In this document: positions 12,129 to 64,000 of the stretch, one piece after another | Position numbering within the stretch: position 1 is the first letter of the stretch | Layout: the number at the start of each line of letters is the position of its first letter | Notes under the pieces: model-generated | What the model was told of the DNA's origin: nothing | The model's input: only the letters and a program-made list of their open reading frames with translations | Databases searched by the model: none | Source of the DNA: Octopus bimaculoides | Taxonomy: Eukaryota | Length of the DNA stretch: 64,000 nucleotides | Reading direction: 5' to 3' | Assembly: GCF_001194135.2 (NCBI RefSeq) | Contig: NC_068982.1 | Coordinates: 29,404,908 to 29,468,907, forward strand | Position numbers and translations under genes: made by a program

Positions 12129-14296
12129 CCTTGGACCAAATATTACAAGCAGTCTTTAATCCCAGGAATGGTTACTTGTGTTTTTACTGTACACTAGCTG
12201 TTAACACCTCTACATGACAAACTTTATATTTGGTCAATTGGTGTCACTCATTCACATCAATTTTCCAGTCTGAGAGAAAAGCTTCCAGATACACTAAACA
12301 TTGTCTCATTTTCATAAATGAAATTAATTATTTTTGTCTCCTTTTTTTCTCTTTGCCTGTATTTATTCTCACTTGAGATAGTTTTCTATAAATCTTTGTC
12401 TCTTTTTATTTCTTCTTTGTCTTCTGACTCAAAATTAATATTTATTTTTATATATCTGTCACTCTAATCATTAATCCTTATGTAACTGTTTAAAAAATAA
12501 TTATAAATCAGCAAGAGATTTCTTTAGTTGCCAAAGAAGTGGATTTCATGCTGTATTGATTTCAAGTTAAAAATTATAGCATCTCTTTCATGAAGTTCTT
12601 AACGACTAGAAATCTAATGACAGTAAATTAAATACTAAGAAAAAATTATTTCAAGCATTATATTACAACTGTTTCTAATTACTTCTTGTATTAAAATTAA
12701 ATCTTTTGTCTACTAGACATTTTTATCAAACTAGTTATGTGATTTTTATTTAACATGGGGAAGCATAGCATCAGAGCTAGATCAAATCAACTGATGCCCA
12801 AAGGGCAGTCTTACAATGTATTTCCGCTTTACTGTTCCATTGTCTTGACAGGATATTATGATATACACTGAATATGAAATAATAGATTGAACATTTAGAT
12901 TTTAGTTTTCTTTCAGGGTATCTCCAACAGCTATATTAAATATAATCTGTTTCTTTTTAATTATATTTATTTAATACTGAATAGCAGTAAGCAATATTAA
13001 TGAACTATTTGCATATAACTAGGGAAACAGGAAAATGTGCAAATTTTCAAAACACATTTTTAGTTTTAAAAAATTATTATAAGGGAAAAATATAAATGCA
13101 AAAAGTAAGGGAAAATAATTCTTTCAACAGAAATTGAAACTGGAGGTAAATTTTAAAAATATTATTAGAACAAAACAAAACAAAATATCATTTATTCCAC
13201 TCATTTCTAATTTTAAAAATGTATACCATTTCAAGACATATGCATCAATAACCTGGCAGGGGAAGAAATAACTCTGGTGTTTGGTACCCCTTTCCATTGG
13301 TGCTCCCATGCATATGCCTATTTAGATCCATGGTTAATCAATGGTGTATGAAATACAACTTAAAAACAAACAGGTACCATCAATCAATCATAAGTATGAC
13401 AAAGTAATATTGTAAATAGTATCTCAAACAAAATTTATTTGGCACTCAGTTTTGTCATCATTGATATGAATTTATATAGTTAACAAAACATACTTATATA
13501 CTTGCCTCCTCGGTATGTATGTATGTATATATGTATGTATGTATATATGTATGTATGTATATATGTATGTATGTATGTGCTTGAGTGTGTAATTATTATT
13601 CTTAATAAAGTGTACCACATGATTGATGACATTTTTGAGCAAGTGATTTTGTTTTTAAACATTCATATATACAATGGTATAAATCTTCTAAAATGGAACA
13701 TCACTGAAGCAGCTTTGGAAAGGCCATTTTCCTCTGATATCTCAAAGATGGAAGTTAATTTACTCTATAAATGACCTATCTTTCTCCAGCCAAACTAAAT
13801 CATACTTGTTAATATATTTCAAAACCAGTAAACTCTACCTCCACCTANNNNNNNNNNNNNNNNNNNNNNNNNNNNNNNNNNNNNNNNNNNNNNNNNNNAG
13901 GCAAGACACTTAGGATGAGAGAAAAGTGACATTACCAAGATATTTAAAGGGTAAAGTTCTCTGCATAATAACAAGAAAACAAGACAACAAAGGAAACAAA
14001 GGCAAAAATAAAAAAAATAAAAATACTAAGGTATCCTACACCACATCTCTCCCCTTCTCTCTCTTTCACTATCCACATACACACTTTCTTTCTCTATCCA
14101 CATACACACTCTCTCTCTCTTTCACTATCAACACACACAGACACATTCCCCCTCTCCCCCCTCTTTCTCTCCCTTTCTCTAGCTCTGGATGTGAAAAACT
14201 TGCTTTTTGTTTCACTTTTGCTTGAGTGGATATTATTCTACAATATTCAAATGTCAAGAAATGAAACAATAGATTGACTTTCTATTTGTTTATTAG

Positions 14297-14339
14297 GTTA
14301 ACCATTATTGACATTCTATCTGTCGATATTTGTAGTGAG
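14297..14339 (+). other. Candidate exon, 43 nt, phase 2 to 0 (LTIIDILSVDICSE)
   Basis: Acceptor ttctatttgtttattag, consensus donor GAG|gtaagc, one open frame. Phase-compatible with the alternative acceptor at 18134. Confidence 0.35.
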
Positions 14340-15224
14340 GTAAGCTGTATAGTTATGACTTTTTCAATACAATTTTCTATTAAGGACAGAAGGATGCAAT
14401 AATGGTTGAGCCTGGGTTAATGACAGCTCTAGCATTATTTCTTAAATTTCAACAACGATATCAAGGTTTAAACGATACTTTTTATTTTAATTTTAATTTT
14501 CCATTAAAATTCCTTTCAGAGGAATATAGGAAATTACTCTTGTGCTTTACTTTATATTATTGGCCCCTAGAAAGATGAAAGGCAAAGTTGACCCCTGGCA
14601 GGGTTTGAAATCACAATGTAAAGACCTATGACTAAATACTGTAAGCATTTTGTCCATTGCTTTAACAATTTTACCTTTCAACCAAATATCTTTTGCTTCA
14701 ATGGTATTGTTTTTATTAACATGGTGATATTGTTGTTGTCATGAGCAGCATGCTGATAAAAATAGCGGAATACTAGACATTCTTACTGGTTTCAACCATT
14801 CAATAGAGGCCAGGGTGATGATGGTGATGGTTGGGGTGTGTCATGAATTGTCAACTGAATAAAGAATGCTTTACAAAATTTACTTTTATTCTCTTATGTC
14901 TCTGTCAGCCATATTTCATAGCCAAGTTTGTCTTTCAAAATCTCTGTAATGGTTGTATGTTGAAACAGGAAGCTAATGCTGTAATCAATGTTGTATTATA
15001 AGTGGTATTGTACTGTTGTTTTTGGTATAATGGTGTAGTCATTAAAGTATGGGATGTGAAAGAAGGTTCTTTGTCAATCTTCCTTTCAAAAGTTGAGGAA
15101 GTCAGAAAAAAAAAAAAGAAATTTTAAATCATATTATTTTATATAAGAACAACAGATTGTCTTTATACAAACCAAATTCATAGTGCTCTTAGTGATATAT
15201 GACAATAATAGTGTTGGAATTAAA

Positions 15225-15470
15225 TTTATTTTGGAAAACATAAGACGGATTCTTGAAACTGAGCCAACCAGCAGGAGCCCTAGGGGTAGACTAAGAATGA
15301 GATAGTTGGATAATATCCATAGTCTCGGTTGGTCATTCATGGAAATCAGCTGGAAAGTCTAGTGATGGTTGTCTGATGGTACCCTATGGAGGAAGTTCCT
15401 GAGTACTCTACCCTAACATCTTGCCAAGAAATAGTGGGCAGAGAAAAGAGATGGATGAATGAATAATTCT
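15225..15470 (+). mobile_element. RTE (Expander-like) LINE 3' fragment
   Basis: RRILETEPTSRSPRGRLRMR*LDNIHSLGWSFMEI resembles the GxRPRGRPRxRWxDxIxxLxW motif. A short (TGAA)n tail follows. Confidence 0.6.
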
Positions 15471-16304
15471 TAATTTTGATTGTTATAATAAATGTGTGTG
15501 GCATATATGTTTGTAAGCGTAAAGTTATATGAAGTTTAAATATTCTTTTGGATGATCAAGTAAGCATTATTGATTAATTAACAGTCATGTTTTGATCATT
15601 CTAATTGTGGCACATTTTGTTTTAGAGATAAAAACATAGAGTATACGAAGCTAACTTTGACATTAATAAAGATATGACTGAAGGAAGATTTGTTTACTTT
15701 ACAATCAAATTAATCATTTATTCATTTGAAATATATTTTCATTCAAATACACTTTTACTAATTTAAGGTTTAGCACCACATGTCTCAGTTCTTTACTCCA
15801 GAATAAAAATATGCTAAGACCAAGATGATCAAGCTTTATACATAATAAAACAATTTAAGTTTATGACTGACTAATGATTAACTATTTGGTAACTTACAAC
15901 ACTAGGTTTATTATAGTTTAAAAATCTTGCACTCCAAGTTGAAAATAGACATCAGTAATAAATTGTTCACAAGTGTCTAACAGAAAGTCATATTCAGTGC
16001 CTTTAGCAGGTTATCTGATAAGTCTGAATTCTTAGGGATGACTGAAGTTGTATAACAATAACACAACTGATACAAATAAGTTACATCATAGTAAAAGATT
16101 GATAGATTTATGTTAGAAATAGAACAGAATTAAATGTGTGTTGAGCCATGAATGTTGAACACCTATGAGGAAAGTTCTAAAGATTTTGGAGTAGCAAAAG
16201 AGATTGTTGATCACGATGGTAATTGGATTATTAACTGCAAAATTCTCAACCAATTTTGCTTCAATAAGTGTTTTAGATAAAAGTGACTGAAACCTAAAAA
16301 AGAT

Positions 16305-16882
16305 TGTGGTTTCATCAGGATTTCATAGCATAACAAATACTGTTTCACAAAGAAGGGCTGTCCTCTTCAAGGTCAGGAAATATGCCCGGATCCACCAACC
16401 ACTAACCTTCTATAGAGCTATGGGTGGAGGCACAATGGCTCAGTGGTTAGGGCAACAGACTCGCAGTTTTGATTACCAAACCAGGTGTTGTGAGTGTTTA
16501 TTGAGTGAAAACACCTAAAGCTCCATGAGGCTCTGGCAGGGGCTGGTGGTGAACCCTGCTGTACTCTTCCACCACAACTTTCTCTCACTCTTTCTTCCTG
16601 TTTCTGTTGTACCTGTATTTGAAAGGGCCAGCCTTGTCACACTGTGTCATGCTGAATATTCTCAAGAACTACGTTAAGGGTACACGTGTCTGTGGAGTGC
16701 TCAGCCACTTGCACGTTAATTTCACGATCAGGCTGTTCTGTTGATCGGATCAACTGGAACCCTCGACGTCGTAAGCGACGGAGTGCCAACACATAGAGCT
16801 ATGGTGAGACCCACAATGGTGTACTGTTCACACATCTGGAATGTTGCTGCTGTTGCTGCTACACTTAAAGACATCCTAGACT
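16305..16882 (+). mobile_element. CR1/T1-like (Jockey group) LINE post-RT fragment interrupted by a SINE
   Basis: Removing 16424-16792 and one TSD copy restores VSQRRAVLFKVRKYARIHQPLTFYRAMVRPTMVYCSHIWNVA, the YxAxVRPxMEYCSHIW motif. Confidence 0.75.
16424..16792 (+). mobile_element. tRNA-derived SINE with 12-bp TSD
   Basis: A-box-like TGGCTCAGTGG head. TSD ATAGAGCTATGG at 16412-16423 and 16793-16804. Shares its tail with 49170-49475. Confidence 0.85.
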
Positions 16883-17134
16883 CATCATCATCATCATTTT
16901 AAGGTCCACTTTTCCATACTTGCTTGCATCAGATAGAATTTGTTGAGGCGGATTTTCTATGACCAGAAGCCCTTCGTGTAACTAACCTTCCAAGCAAGGT
17001 AATATTTCCTCGTAGCTAGACGTGTTTTTCACAGAAGACGGGAAAGGAACAACCTCACTTGTATGACACCGATGTTCATTTGCATTCATCACATAGTGTC
17101 TAGACAAAGGTATACACAAACATACACATACACA

Positions 17135-17194
<60 letters not shown>

Positions 17195-17372
17195 TACATA
17201 CATACATAAGACGGGCATTTTCCAGTTTTCTTCTACTAAGTTCATTCACAATGCTTTGGTTGGTCTGAGGCTATAGTAGAAGATACTTGCCCAAAAAGCT
17301 CTGCAGTGGGACTGACCCCAAGATTACATGATTAGGAAGCAAGCTTCCTAGCCACACAGCCGTGCCTGCACC
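16883..17372 (-). mobile_element. Composite SINE: tRNA head, internal (TG)n microsatellite, RTE-like 3' end with (GAT)n tail
   Basis: Head GGCACGGCTGTGTGGCTAGGAAGCTTGCTTCC at 17340-17372 (minus), body, (CA)n at 17120-17190, tail ...GTATGGAAAAGTGGACCTTAAAATGATGATG. Heads of this family also at about 37141(+), 40240-40400(-), 43225-43385(-), 46680-46840(-), 49950(+), 52580(+) and 56390(+). Confidence 0.75.
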
Positions 17373-17815
17373 CAGACAGTATTTAAAAATAAAACATCAA
17401 CTGACTGATTAGTGCTTTCCATCACCTATATTTTAGCCATTCCTCAGGTACCACATTAAGACTACACCCTGGTCTTTCTTCCTAGTATGTCAGTCTTCTG
17501 GACTCCCTCACAGTCAGTGTCCAAAGAAGCATAAATTGTATCAATGTTACTGGTCTTTGAGAGCCCAAGAAGGTTATGAGTACAGCACTTTCCTCCTGAC
17601 AAGGACTAATAAAAGAAATATCTTATTTAATGTTTAGAAAAAGAGGGAAAGAGTAAAAGCATCATAATATATTTGCATTATAACTAACAGATACGAAAAC
17701 AAGATACTAATATATCAAGATAAACTCATGCATTGTTTGTAAAGATGCAACTAACAACACCTCAAATGAAATCATCTATTTTCCAATTTTCTCAACATTT
17801 TACTATTTTGGTCAG

Positions 17816-17866
17816 GGCTGTCACTGAATGTTCCTCAAAATGCTGACTATCATATCATAAAACATG
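17816..17866 (+). other. Candidate exon, 51 nt, phase 1 to 1 (W-LSLNVPQNADYHIIKH)
   Basis: Acceptor tactattttggtcag, donor ATG|gttaat. Resembles recalled LWRYSTNSPNYRI of CATSPERE, but its end phase does not match 18145. Confidence 0.3.
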
Positions 17867-18144
17867 GTTAATATATATTTTTTCATATGCTTTAATATAT
17901 ATTTAATAGTATTTTATACCAGAATGACTTAATGATATTAAAATGATTATTAATAAGTTGAGTGTTTTAGAGTAGCTATACTTTAATACACATTTTTATA
18001 CAAGATTAAAGATTGGACGATTTGGTGAGAACTGTAGAAATGTAATAAGTAGAAATATGATTAATAAAAGAATAAAACCATTCACATTATTATTACTGAT
18101 ATTATTTTTGAAACAGCATATTAATGATAACAGTTTTTTTCCAG

Positions 18145-59695
<41,551 letters not shown>

Positions 59696-60599
59696 GTAAG
59701 ATATTCATTTTATACACTCGGTTGATCTATGTATGAACAATGCCATTGTTCAGCAAATGCAGTTCGATTGTTACTTTTTGACATTTAAAAGCTTTCCTGA
59801 CTGATCTTAAGCATCTTCCCCACATTCTTCTTCTGAGAAAGAACAGCTCAGTTTCACTATTTTTGATAAGGCTTCAGGTTGATATTAGGTGTTAGCAATA
59901 TCTAACATCTATGGAACTTATTCTATCCCTGGATAAGTCAAGTATCCTAAATGATACCAGAACTTCTACTGCAAATGCATTGTTGGCTGTTTGCTGTCTT
60001 GTTAAGTAGAAAGTTCTGACACCATATTTTTTTGAAGTCTAGTATAATTTTCTTTGGTCACTCTATCTTTGCTGTCAGCAGTTTTGTATAATACATTCTA
60101 CTCTATGCTTGTATATCTGTATGTATGTGAGCATGTGTATGTATGTAAGTGTTTATGTATGTATTTATGCATGTACGTGTGTAGGTATACATGTATATAT
60201 GTGAGTATGCATGCATACATTTATTTGTATGTTCATAAATGTGTCTGCATAAGTTTTTGCTAAAATGAAAAGAGGATCAAAGCACATAGAAAACAAAGAA
60301 TTTCAAACGTAATAAATTTCTCCTTGGCATAATTATCAAAGTAAAATTGACAAATCATCAGCAAGGATTCTTCTGAAAAATGTTTGACAGAAAGAAAAAC
60401 ATACTTAAAAACATTGAGACAGAAACAGATTATTTCGTTCAACAAACTGCAAAATGAGAAATTTAATCAAGATTGAATGCAAAAAAGAAAAAAAGAAAAT
60501 GAAATGAAAAGATATAACATTTTTACATTTCAAATAAAAACAAAATATTTCAGTCATAAATAACAATTTTTGTATTTTAGGTTTTACAATGACATATTG

Positions 60600-60651
60600 A
60601 GACACATACAGACACATACCACATGTGTATATACAACCACACATTCTCTTC

Positions 60652-60689
<38 letters not shown>

Positions 60690-60750
60690 TGCACAAAATA
60701 TACATATACATGCATATGTATGTATGAGTATGTATATATGTGTGTGTGTG

Positions 60751-60822
<72 letters not shown>

Positions 60823-60905
60823 GAATTCACACACATATATATATATAGGGAGAATTCATTTGTGTGTATATATATATATACACACAAATAGATAGATAGA
60901 TATGG
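60600..60905. repeat. (CA)n/(TA)n/(GATA)n compound microsatellite
   Basis: Seen directly. Confidence 0.95.
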
Positions 60906-62581
60906 AAGAGAGAGAAAGAAGAAGAGGAAGAAGAGAGACTGAGAGCTAAGAGGTAAATATAATGCAGCAGGTACACACACAATAAAACACATCACACATG
61001 CACATATGTATGTAGTTTAAAAACTTTCCACTTTCAACTGCCATTTGTTTTGTTTGAGTTCATGTGCAGGTACACTTCCTTTAACATATTAACATACATT
61101 TATATACATATAAACATCCACAAAAACCTTCATATATCTCTGTGCTAACAGTATATGCATATTGATGCAAGTTTCCATTATTAAAAATCCTTACAACACA
61201 CACATATGTATACATATATATATATTCATACACCCGTACATATATACATATGAAAGCATTTTACGAATAAATTTAAGTGGAATGTGTAATTAAAACAAAA
61301 TACATTGAGGTGGTATATAGATGAAGATGTGAGTGTGTATTTTCTGCTTGTTGTTTGGCTGTCCAAGAGATGGAATAACATTCACTATTTAGAATTTAAA
61401 ATTAATCATATTTACATTGAATTTTAAGTATGTGATTTCTTCTCTTATTCCCTTGTGTAGTTACAACTAAATCTATATTGTTAATGTATCTCCTTCTAAA
61501 ATCTTTCTACATTCCTTCAAGCAACTTATTGATATTGATTTTATAGAAATGCTAATTAGAAATAAATAGATAATTTTGAATAAAACAAACGTAACCATTA
61601 ACATCTATCAAAATAAGCCAACCAAGGAGCCTCTTTGCAGTTGCTTGACACAACAGAAATAGCAGTCAAGTTACTTCAGAGACCAAACTTCTATGGTAAA
61701 AAGAAAAGAATGCATTGGATGATGTAGTCAAGGCTGTCTTAGCAGTCTTATAAGACCCAGGGTAAACCAATGCACTGGGCCCTATAGTATATATTTATTG
61801 ACTGCAAGCCACAAGTACATAGATCAGAATTGAGCTCCTAGAGCCATGAGGCCTGCTGGTAACCGCTCAAGGTGTCCATGCCTTAAATGTAATATTTATT
61901 GGACCTCTGTTGGTTTCGACAATAAGTATTTAGTTGTTTGATCATCTGAATTACCTGTTCAATAGTTTGCAAGTGGCTGAGTATTCCACAGACATGTATA
62001 GTCTTTATGTAATTTTTATGTAACGTCAGTGTGAAATAGTGTGACAGGACTGGACAACTGAATTATAAAAAAATCTATCCAACAAACTTCTGAGCAGTTT
62101 CTGTCTACCCAGTTTCACTCATAANNNNNNNNNNTTTCACTCATAAAGCTTGAGTTGACTTGTATTTCTAATAGGACAAAAAAAAAAAAAAAAAATCTTA
62201 TACCCCCAGCATGGTGTGCAGTGGGATCAGACCACATGATTATTAAGTGAACTTCTTGACCATTCCAGACATGCTATGATATACTAGATGTATTAAAAAA
62301 GGTAGGTTAATTACAACAAGAATGACTTTGATCAATGGTGAGGTTCTTCATCTTGTTTGAAATTACCAGGCCAACATCCTAGAACAGAACCTAGGATAAA
62401 TAACTTGATGAAGTCAGAGACCTTGGCCCTGTCACAACTTCCCATAGATATGCTGAATAATGGATCCCCTTTCTTTACCTGTAGGAATCATCAAGGAATA
62501 GGCTGATTCTGATACTGAAACCACTAATTCTATTAAATTTTACCCAAGAAACTTCATTATGAAAGGTTAAAAATCCCGTTT

Positions 62582-62691
62582 ATATGTGTGTATATAGATA
62601 GATAGATGGATAGATAGATAAATGGATAAATAGATTGATAGATAGATAGATAGATAGATATATAGATAGATAGATAGATAGATAGACAGAC

Positions 62692-62736
<45 letters not shown>

Positions 62737-62755
62737 GATAGATAGATAGACAGAC

Positions 62756-62793
<38 letters not shown>

Positions 62794-62820
62794 ATAAATA
62801 GATAGATAGATAGATATCCA
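62582..62820. repeat. (GATA)n microsatellite
   Basis: Seen directly. Other (GATA)n runs at 26685-26745, 27495-27530 and 47340-47391. Confidence 0.95.
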
Positions 62821-63401
62821 CAATAGGTGGTGTATCTGGCCTACTCTTTAACTTGTTTCAACTCAAAAGCTGTGGCTATGCTGGGGCACCATATATTTTC
62901 AGTTTAACTAAAAGAAGATGACATGTTGATAATATCAGATACTTCACATTTTACATAAGAAGTGTGTAACAACTAATCAGGCATTACTATACAACCTTAT
63001 ATAGCATGAAAAGTGAGGTATCAGAGATGGCATATATGGGAGATGATTTAATCATGAAATCTTCAGTGGATTAAGTTCCCTGAAACAAATTTAAGCTAAC
63101 TATTGATTTTTTGATGGCCCAAGGTAAAAAATTTGCAAGGAACGAGAAGGGTTTATTAAAATGACTTCAAGGTATTATGTGTAGTGTATTATACCCTGCA
63201 GTAGAGACTCTATTTTCTAAGCATATGAAGAAGCCTCTAATTGGTTAATCAGTTTGCTATAAATAGTAACCAAATCTTCCTCAAATCACACCCTAATAAG
63301 TAATGCAGTCTTTGATACACTCTATATGAATGGTGATGCTGGAATGCTAATAATCAAGGCTGACTGGAGTTTAATAAAAACAATAAGTACTTATTATATT
63401 G

Positions 63402-63604
63402 GTTTAAAATTTTGGCACAAGGCCAGCAATTTTAGAAAGAAGAGCTAAGTTGATTACATCAACCTCAGTGTTCAACTGGTACTTATTTTACCAACCCCAA
63501 AAGGATGAAAGGCATAGTTGACCTTGAATTTGAACGCAAGATGGATGAAATACTGCTGAGCATTCTACCCAGTATGTTAACGATTTTGCCATCTCACTAC
63601 CTCA
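63402..63604 (-). mobile_element. Monomeric SINE (same core) with degenerate 17-bp TSD
   Basis: AAGTACTTATTATATTG at 63385-63401 against AGGTACTTACTGTATTG at 63605-63621. Confidence 0.7.
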
Positions 63605-63630
63605 AGGTACTTACTGTATTGACTTTAAAA

Positions 63631-63750
63631 CAGCAGTCCCAAATCTTTTATACTCAATGGACCAGTTTCATGTGAAACAATTTTTCCATGGACTGCAGTA
63701 TCATACACATTACTAAATGTAATAAAGTGTGTAATGTATAACTGAATTAT
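63631..63750 (+). mobile_element. hAT-Charlie-type left terminus, cut by a LINE tail
   Basis: CAGCAGTCCCAAATCTTTT...GGACCAGTTTCATGTGAAACAATTTTTCCATGGAC resembles the recalled MER1B/Charlie3 end. Preceded by CTTTAAAA. Confidence 0.5.
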
Positions 63751-64000
63751 TACAAATCATCATCATCATCGTTTAACGTCCGCTTTCCATGCTAGCATGG
63801 GTTGGACGATTTGATTGAGGACTGGTGAACCAGATGGCTACACCAGGCTCCAATCTGATCTGGCAGGGTTTCTACAGTTGGATGACCTTCCTAACGCCAA
63901 CCACTCCGAGAGTGTAGTGGGTGCTTTTTATGTGCCACCAGCACTAGGGCCAGTCAGGAGGTACTGGCAATGGCCACACTCGAAATGGTGTATTTTACGT
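63750..64000 (-). mobile_element. Young RTE-X-like 3' end running off the window
   Basis: (GAT)n tail, AACGTCCGCTTTCCATGCTAGCATGGGTTGG terminus. Confidence 0.85.

Noticed and set aside
12917-12986. AG/GT-bounded open segment GISNSYIKYNLFLFNYIYLILNS
   Set aside because: Extremely AT-rich, and its end phase (1) fits neither acceptor of the first confident exon.

Overview
AT-rich, CpG-poor eukaryotic DNA from a draft assembly with 16 N-gaps, most of them next to microsatellites. The SINE and LINE families and the microsatellite density look like an octopus (coleoid cephalopod) genome; this is inferred from repeat families I recall, not from a search. Nearly every ORF in the supplied track is a translated simple repeat or a decayed retroelement. 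Reading splice signals by hand gives nine small plus-strand exons (18145-59695) that join with consistent phases into a stop-free 211-codon frame. Its motifs run colinear with the N-terminal ectodomain of the CatSper sperm Ca2+ channel auxiliary subunit epsilon (CATSPERE/C1orf101), as I recall the human sequence. The 5' end is unresolved and the gene continues past the window. The rest is a dense repeat landscape: R4/Dong-like RLE retrotransposon pieces stacked in (TAA)n arrays, RTE and CR1/T1-like LINE 3' ends, several modular tRNA-derived SINE families (including a dimer with perfect TSDs), and mariner-, hAT- and piggyBac-like MITEs. I found no rRNA, true tRNA gene or CRISPR array.
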